64,000 nt of DNA from Ignavibacteriota bacterium (GTDB lineage Bacteria; Bacteroidota; Ignavibacteria; Palsa-1295), in NCBI GenBank assembly GCA_963787835.1, contig CAWBEI010000002.1, positions 1,280,001 to 1,344,000 of the forward strand, written 5' to 3'. The notes below the pieces were generated by a model. That model did not search any database, had not been told where the DNA came from, and worked only from the letters and a program-made list of their open reading frames with translations. Made by a program: the position numbers and the translations under genes. This document shows, in pieces, positions 58,452 to 64,000 of the stretch. Within the stretch, counting starts at the first letter, position 1. Every line of letters starts with the position of its first letter.

Positions 58452-60074
58452 ATGGCCGATCCGATCGAAAAAATAATCAGTCAACAAACAATGCTCTCGA
58501 AGAGCGTTGTCGATGCCCTCGATCAGGCGATCGCCGATCGCCTGCCAACACGCATCTGGGAAAAAGATACCACCGTCTGGAGCAGTGACCCAAATGTCCA
58601 AAAGATCATTCAAAATCGCTTAGGTTGGCTCGATGTTCCCGATTGGTCGCTCGAGCATTTGAAGGAGATCACCGATTTTGCCAGATCGGTGCATAGTGAT
58701 GGCATCACACACGTCGTGATCCTCGGCATGGGCGGAAGCAGTTTATGCGTGGAAGTAATTCGCGACACCTTCGGCAACAAACAGGGCTATCCGAGCCTGT
58801 TGGTGCTCGATAGCACCCATCCCGATCAAATTTTGGAGATCGAACGAGCGTGTGATCTTTCAAAAACGTTGTTCATTGTTGCCAGCAAGTCCGGGACGAC
58901 GCTCGAACCCGAATGCTATCTTGAATATTTTTGGAATACTTTGGAGAACTTGGGTAGTGAGCGTGGTTCCCATTTCGCTGCGATCACCGACCCCGGTACG
59001 CCGCTTGAAAAGTTGGGACGTGCACGTGAATTCCGGCATGTGTTCTCAAATCCACAGGATATTGGTGGACGCTATTCCGCGCTTTCGTATTTTGGGATGG
59101 TTCCAGCCGCACTGGCCGGGATTGACATTGAACTGCTCTTATCCCGGGCAAGTTCTGAAGCGGGTCTTTCGCGTTCGGAAGAAGAGCGCAATGTTCCGCT
59201 TGCCTTTGGGATATTCCTGAGCTACAACGCCCAGCATGGGCGCGATAAGCTAACGATCGTCACACCGCCGGAGCTTCGTTCGTTCGGATATTGGGCCGAG
59301 CAATTACTGGCCGAAAGCACAGGAAAACTTGGCAAGGGAATTCTTCCTATTGAAGGAGAAAGCCCAAAGGCCATGCTGGAGGAAGCCGAACACCGTGTGT
59401 ATGTACACCTTACGCTTGGCGAAGAACAGCTCCCGGAGGAATACCGATCGAAGCCGGAGCATCTTGAACTTCATCTTATTAATATCTCAGGATTAGGGGC
59501 GCAATTCTTTCGATGGGAATATGCTACGGCGGTTGCTGGGCGCATACTCGGGATCAACCCGTTCGATGAACCGAATGTCGCAGAAAGTAAAGCAAAAACC
59601 AACGAAGTGCTTTCAGGGTATAATGTAACGCAAACTTTAGTTTGTGACCCCGGATTTGGCGTGTCCGCGAGTGGGCAGATCCTCGATGAATTTATCTCAG
59701 CGAACATTAAGCCCGATGGCTACATTGCGGTCATGGCGTATATCAACCGGAACATGGCATCCATCGCAGCACTTGATTCATTGCGGGATAAGCTCTCGCT
59801 GAAATATCATGTGCCTGTCACCGTCGGGTTTGGCCCGCGTTTCCTGCACAGTACCGGTCAATTTCACAAAGGTGGTCCGGCGACGGGGACATTCGTTCAA
59901 TTCGTCGATACACCGCAGGAGGACGTACCCATTCCTGGCAAGCCGTACACGTTTGGCACGCTGAATCGTGCGCAAGCGATCGGCGATTTTGAAACGCTCC
60001 AAAAGCATGGGCGTCCGGTTGTGAGTTTCGATCTTGGAAGCAATGCGGTTGCTGGTCTAACCCAGCTTTTGTAG
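58452..60074 (+). CDS. pgi: Glucose-6-phosphate isomerase (Tal-Pgi-associated type)
   Basis: RLGWL, GMGGSSL, ASKSGTTLE, DIGGRYSALS, EQLLAESTGK, NPFDEPNV, GPRFLHSTGQFHKGGP. Confidence 0.93.
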   Translation: MADPIEKIISQQTMLSKSVVDALDQAIADRLPTRIWEKDTTVWSSDPNVQKIIQNRLGWLDVPDWSLEHLKEITDFARSVHSDGITHVVILGMGGSSLCVEVIRDTFGNKQGYPSLLVLDSTHPDQILEIERACDLSKTLFIVASKSGTTLEPECYLEYFWNTLENLGSERGSHFAAITDPGTPLEKLGRAREFRHVFSNPQDIGGRYSALSYFGMVPAALAGIDIELLLSRASSEAGLSRSEEERNVPLAFGIFLSYNAQHGRDKLTIVTPPELRSFGYWAEQLLAESTGKLGKGILPIEGESPKAMLEEAEHRVYVHLTLGEEQLPEEYRSKPEHLELHLINISGLGAQFFRWEYATAVAGRILGINPFDEPNVAESKAKTNEVLSGYNVTQTLVCDPGFGVSASGQILDEFISANIKPDGYIAVMAYINRNMASIAALDSLRDKLSLKYHVPVTVGFGPRFLHSTGQFHKGGPATGTFVQFVDTPQEDVPIPGKPYTFGTLNRAQAIGDFETLQKHGRPVVSFDLGSNAVAGLTQLL

Positions 60075-60086
60075 CTTCGGTCGCGA

Positions 60087-61400
60087 TCAGAGAAGTTCCA
60101 GCGCATTCCGAAGCCTAGGCAGCATCTCTTCTATTTCATAGATCGATACAGCGCCGGCAGAAAGCCTGAACCATCCGGTGTTTTCCTTCGAGCCGAATGC
60201 CTGAAACGGTACAATAGCTAGCTGTGCGACTTCGAGAAGATATTTTCGGATCTGCTCGTTGGTTTCGAGTACGGTTCCTGATGGCGTTTTGCGACCAATA
60301 AGATCGAATTGCGCTGTGAGATAGATCGCACCCATCGGAGCGATCGCGTCGACAGGGAATCCTTCTCGGTGGAGCGCATGAATGCCCTTGTAGAGCATCC
60401 GAAGCCGGAGTTCCAGCTCAGAGATCATCGCACCATGGTATCCCTCGATGGCATCGTCATCAAGCAAGAGCGTTGCTGTGGCCACTTGCTCTGCTCTTGG
60501 CGCCCAGGCTCCGACGTGGCCAAGGATGTTCGACATGCTGTGCGCCACATCCGGTGCAGCAACGGCCCATCCTACGCGCACGCCGGTCGCGGCGAACGCT
60601 TTGCTGATACCATCGACAAAGATCGTATTCGCACCCAGTTTGGGCCGCAGTGAAACAGGATTGTGATGAACCGTGTCGCCAAAGGTCAGCATCCAGTAGA
60701 CCTGATCGTACATGATGAACATTGGCCGTTCATCGGTATCTCTCGAGTTATTCTCGTCGATGACAAGATCGCAGATACCCTCCAAAGCCTCGCGCGTGAA
60801 TGCGGTTCCGGTTGGATTAAGTGGTGAGCACAGTGAAAGAAGCTTGGCGTCCGCAAGTTTTCCTTTGAGGATCTCGTGCGTTGGCAGGAACGAATCTTCC
60901 GGTCTGCAAACCGCTGCCGTGTAGGTTGCTCTGCTCAACTGGCAATAATGGTTATTGTTCCACGAAGGAACCGGATAGACCACTTTATCGCCTTCGTCAA
61001 TGAGGGCATTATACGTAGCATAGATCGCAGGCCGCGCACCGCCGGTGATAATGAAGGACTCAATGGGATAGTCCAGCCCAAGGCGCTTCTCGTAAAAAGA
61101 TTTTACCGCTTTACGAAGATTCATCATCCCATCCGAGGGCGGATAATTCGTTTCCCCGGCCTCGAGCGCGGACGTGATGAATTTTCGCAATTCGTGCGGT
61201 ATCGGAAAATATTTCGGGTCGAAATCGCCAACTGTAAGATTGCAAATAGCGTGCCCTTCCGCGACCATCGCGCGGATGTCGGCAGCGATCTTTAGAATTT
61301 CGGATCCGACCAGGCCGCTCGCCATCCGTGAGACCGGCGGTGCGGTACGCGGTGGGAACGTGGGCTTAATTATTTCCTTCTCGGCTTCAACTTCGAACAT
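60087..61400 (-). CDS. PLP-dependent aminotransferase class I/II (aspartate aminotransferase-like)
   Basis: NLTVGD, PLNPTG, DQVY, DGISKAFAATGVRVGW (PLP Lys), WFRLS. Confidence 0.92.
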   Translation of the reverse strand: MFEVEAEKEIIKPTFPPRTAPPVSRMASGLVGSEILKIAADIRAMVAEGHAICNLTVGDFDPKYFPIPHELRKFITSALEAGETNYPPSDGMMNLRKAVKSFYEKRLGLDYPIESFIITGGARPAIYATYNALIDEGDKVVYPVPSWNNNHYCQLSRATYTAAVCRPEDSFLPTHEILKGKLADAKLLSLCSPLNPTGTAFTREALEGICDLVIDENNSRDTDERPMFIMYDQVYWMLTFGDTVHHNPVSLRPKLGANTIFVDGISKAFAATGVRVGWAVAAPDVAHSMSNILGHVGAWAPRAEQVATATLLLDDDAIEGYHGAMISELELRLRMLYKGIHALHREGFPVDAIAPMGAIYLTAQFDLIGRKTPSGTVLETNEQIRKYLLEVAQLAIVPFQAFGSKENTGWFRLSAGAVSIYEIEEMLPRLRNALELL

Positions 61401-61494
61401 GGCTCTCTAAATTATCAAATTATTGTGTGGAGCGTTTCACTTTGTGTGAGACCTCAAACAAAATACTTGCAAAAAATAGCCGGACAATTTTTAT

Positions 61495-62691
61495 TCATTT
61501 TTTCGAAAGAGCATCTGCGATCTCTCGAATACTTATCCCTTCTCGCCACTGGCGCGATTCCTTTTCTACAAGCAGGGTAACGAGGAAACCATGATCGGGA
61601 TGAAACAGAAGCCGATGTAATGCACGAGCCGTTCGTGTGCCCCCCTTCATATCGAACTCTGAATCCGGAAGTTGAAAAAGCGTATGCATCTGAAACGATG
61701 TCGCGCCGCATTTCAAGTATTCGAAGGCCATTGCGCCGGTGGTAATATTTCCTGTTGCAGAGAAAGGCAATTTGGTTTGCCAGCGATCGAGGATAGAAAG
61801 ATTCCGGTCGCTGAGATCTGGTCCGCCATACGCAACGCCCTGCACCCCTTCAAAACTTTTCACAGGATCGAACAAACGATTTCCATAAATGAGATAATCG
61901 GCAGGATGCTCGCTTGAGGAACATGCGTTCAACACCTCCAATTGAAAATCATCGGAATGCGATGCATTGAAGATCTTAAGCCCCAGCCGAACATCATTGC
62001 CAACGCTGGACTCTTTGATGATCCGCGGAACTGTGCCCAGCCAGTTCAAAATAGTGGCTTGTTCGCGTGAGAAATTAGTATCACCTGCAAGCGTGGGCGA
62101 AAAATCCTTTTCAAGTGGCATTGACTCACTTCGATGCTTTTTCCAAACTTGATGGAGTTGAGCCGTTGTAAATTCATATTCATTCACTCGCCAAACGGTT
62201 TCTTCCGGCTTTGGAAGATGATATTTTACTGAAGGAACGATAAGCATTTCTCGTTCAAGACTAATTGCGATCGCGGTATCAAAAAATACAAGATAGTTCT
62301 CGAAGCTTTCGCTCCATCCCCGGCCTTTCCATGTAACGGTCCATCCGCGTTCGCCGCGGACGTGCTCTCGCGTACCAATAACTTCTTCTACGGTCATCTT
62401 CGCCGCAGGGATGGCCCATGCTTTCATGGATTGCGCGCCTGTTTCATCCTGTGCGATCAGGGTTTTGAGCACAACAAACCCAAGTCCCGCTTCCGCGTCG
62501 CGCTCCACTTGATTTGCATTCAGCGAGAGCTGTCCCGAAGCTTTTCCGAATGGATTTTTAATTGGAAGGCCGCCATATTCGCTTGCGAGCGAAATTCCGT
62601 ACGTTTCAAGGATATACTCTTCGAGATGCTTCGGAAGGCCGTTTGTGAAGCGAGTATAATCTCCTTGCAATCTATTTGTCCAAGCTGTCAC
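61495..62691 (-). CDS. Hypothetical FMN-binding TIM-barrel protein, dihydroorotate/dihydropyrimidine dehydrogenase-like
   Basis: GLPIKNPFGKASG, GFVVLKT, SATGNI..G, GATSFQMHT resemble DHOD FMN-binding motifs. Confidence 0.6.
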   Translation of the reverse strand: MTAWTNRLQGDYTRFTNGLPKHLEEYILETYGISLASEYGGLPIKNPFGKASGQLSLNANQVERDAEAGLGFVVLKTLIAQDETGAQSMKAWAIPAAKMTVEEVIGTREHVRGERGWTVTWKGRGWSESFENYLVFFDTAIAISLEREMLIVPSVKYHLPKPEETVWRVNEYEFTTAQLHQVWKKHRSESMPLEKDFSPTLAGDTNFSREQATILNWLGTVPRIIKESSVGNDVRLGLKIFNASHSDDFQLEVLNACSSSEHPADYLIYGNRLFDPVKSFEGVQGVAYGGPDLSDRNLSILDRWQTKLPFSATGNITTGAMAFEYLKCGATSFQMHTLFQLPDSEFDMKGGTRTARALHRLLFHPDHGFLVTLLVEKESRQWREGISIREIADALSKK

Positions 62692-63620
62692 CGTTTCAAC
62701 TCCGCTTGTAACGATGAAAGAAATTCACTAATGTTTGAAGAGGCTTCTATCGTAAGTTCCGGCCCCCACGGATCGAAGATCGCTTCAGGGGAGACAATAC
62801 CAAGACATGCAAGCGCATAGAGCATTTGGCCGATATATCCTTCCATCGGCTTCGTGAACGTTGCCATCGCGAACCGGTCCACGAGTTGGGAGCGAAAATG
62901 AAAGGACTCGAATTTCTGGGCGTAGAAATCGTGCATCATATCCGATTGGAGCATAGTAAGAGCGGCGCCCATCCCGACAAGGGCGGCATCTGCGCCCATC
63001 ATGAGTGAGTAACCCAAAAAGCGGTCTTCGCCAGAGATCACCAGCTTACCTGGATGTTCCAATTTTATCGAAGTAGTCAGGTCTTGAAATGTCATCACGC
63101 TATCCAGCGTAGCGATCTTAATACCGATGACGTTCGGAACGTTGAATAATTTGCGAAGCACTTGTGGTGTATAAGAAATTCCACCGGCTGCTTCATAAAG
63201 ATAAAAAAGGATCAGTGGCAATCCAGCGCGTGAGAGCTCGGAATGATATTCAACAATTGCCTCATCGCGCTCCCGTTCGGGGAGATCGCGAAAGCGGGTT
63301 GGTGGATGACAAAGAAGAGCATCCGCGCCAAGCGATCGTGCATGTTCTGCACTATGTTGAGAACCTGCTCCGGCAATAATGATCCAGTTCGGTAACGATT
63401 CCCGCCAATGGGTTAACACTTCCGTTCGCTCTTCTTCAGTTAGAAACAGCCCTCGCCCAGTGTGTGCCCACACCGTGACTCCGCCGATCGGCATATCATT
63501 CATATATCCGGCCATGCGGACGTGGGATTCCTGGTGAATAATTCGTCCACTGGTGAAGGGCACCGGCAATGCGGGTATAAGCTGCCGGTAGAGGAGATCG
63601 TGAATTTCGCGCGCGGTCAT
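62688..63620 (-). CDS. Dihydrodipicolinate synthase/N-acetylneuraminate lyase family protein
   Basis: IPALPVPF, AHTGRG..LT.EER, IIAGAG, GADALL, NVIGIK (Schiff-base Lys), SGED. Confidence 0.85.
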   Translation of the reverse strand: MTAREIHDLLYRQLIPALPVPFTSGRIIHQESHVRMAGYMNDMPIGGVTVWAHTGRGLFLTEEERTEVLTHWRESLPNWIIIAGAGSQHSAEHARSLGADALLCHPPTRFRDLPERERDEAIVEYHSELSRAGLPLILFYLYEAAGGISYTPQVLRKLFNVPNVIGIKIATLDSVMTFQDLTTSIKLEHPGKLVISGEDRFLGYSLMMGADAALVGMGAALTMLQSDMMHDFYAQKFESFHFRSQLVDRFAMATFTKPMEGYIGQMLYALACLGIVSPEAIFDPWGPELTIEASSNISEFLSSLQAELKR

Positions 63621-63623
63621 TTG

Positions 63624-64000
63624 CTATCTATGAAATTCTTGAGTTTGGATGGTGTAACGTTCTAATTTGTCACGATCGACAGCAAAAACCCTCGAGCTTT
63701 CGATAAAACCATCCTTCGAGATCGTGATCGCAGGATCGATAATATCATCGACGAACCAGCGCGAGCTGGCTTCGATGTCGGTGGGAAAAACAAATCCAGG
63801 AAGGGTTGCAATCGCGAGCGACTGCGCGCTTGCAATGCCGAGCTCGGGCATCGTTCCGAGCCAGCATTTCAATCCGGCTTCATGGGCGCGGTCGTGCATC
63901 GTTTTCGCATTCCACAATCCGCCAACTCTTTGGACTTTGACGTTGATTATTTTTCCAGCGTGCAGCTTGATAATTTTGTTCAGTGTCTTCAGGGAATCTG
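63624..64000 (-). CDS. o-succinylbenzoate synthase / N-acylamino acid racemase-like enolase-superfamily enzyme, C-terminal part (5'-truncated)
   Basis: Frame is open to the window edge: IINVKVQRVGGL, CWLGTMPELGI, FPTDIEASSRWFVDDII. Confidence 0.8.
   Translation of the reverse strand, partial: DSLKTLNKIIKLHAGKIINVKVQRVGGLWNAKTMHDRAHEAGLKCWLGTMPELGIASAQSLAIATLPGFVFPTDIEASSRWFVDDIIDPAITISKDGFIESSRVFAVDRDKLERYTIQTQEFHR

Noticed and set aside
62688-63620. Calling this gene dapA
   Set aside because: The canonical GTTGE motif is absent and there is no lysine-pathway context, so only a family-level call is made.

Overview
Chromosomal window from a diderm bacterium of the Bacteroidota/Chlorobiota/Ignavibacteriota/Kapabacteria radiation. 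This is inferred from the type IX secretion (T9SS) C-terminal domains, Gln-starting mature proteins and a PD40 + double-OmpA protein; Candidatus Kapabacteria is my best guess. Left to right: (1) a potassium-uptake locus: partial porin, hairpin-dense leader, orphan histidine kinase, two 27-aa peptides including kdpF, kdpABC, a kinase-less KdpD-Usp protein fused to a PTS EIIA(Ntr)-like domain, and a KimA/YdaO-like APC transporter; (2) ispD, a lipoprotein and plsY-gpsA-GnnA-like; (3) a tandem array of five Asp-box beta-propeller T9SS cargo paralogs with divergent bodies but DNA-identical 3' tips; (4) scpA-scpB-rluB (frameshifted), an S9 peptidase, trpS behind a PemK-type toxin-antitoxin pair, asnB, an adaptor/MacB-permease/TolC cluster and nfeD; (5) infA-rpmJ-rpsM-rpsK-rpsD-rpoA-rplQ, detached from secY/map and with spacers filled by palindromic elements, then topA; (6) two very large T9SS adhesin-like genes around a PorE-like gene, plus a beta-barrel; (7) tal-pgi, an aminotransferase and an uncharacterised OSBS/NAAAR-DapA-like-DHOD-like cluster. 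Highlights are the KdpD-Usp-EIIA fusion, the structured leader at 286-511, the T9SS paralog array, a 33/35-bp shared ECF-like promoter in front of two T9SS cargo loci 30 kb apart, and four co-existing families of inverted-repeat elements. I saw no CRISPR array, rRNA, tRNA, integrase, transposase or reverse transcriptase. All calls come from motif recognition by eye; no searches or folding programs were run.
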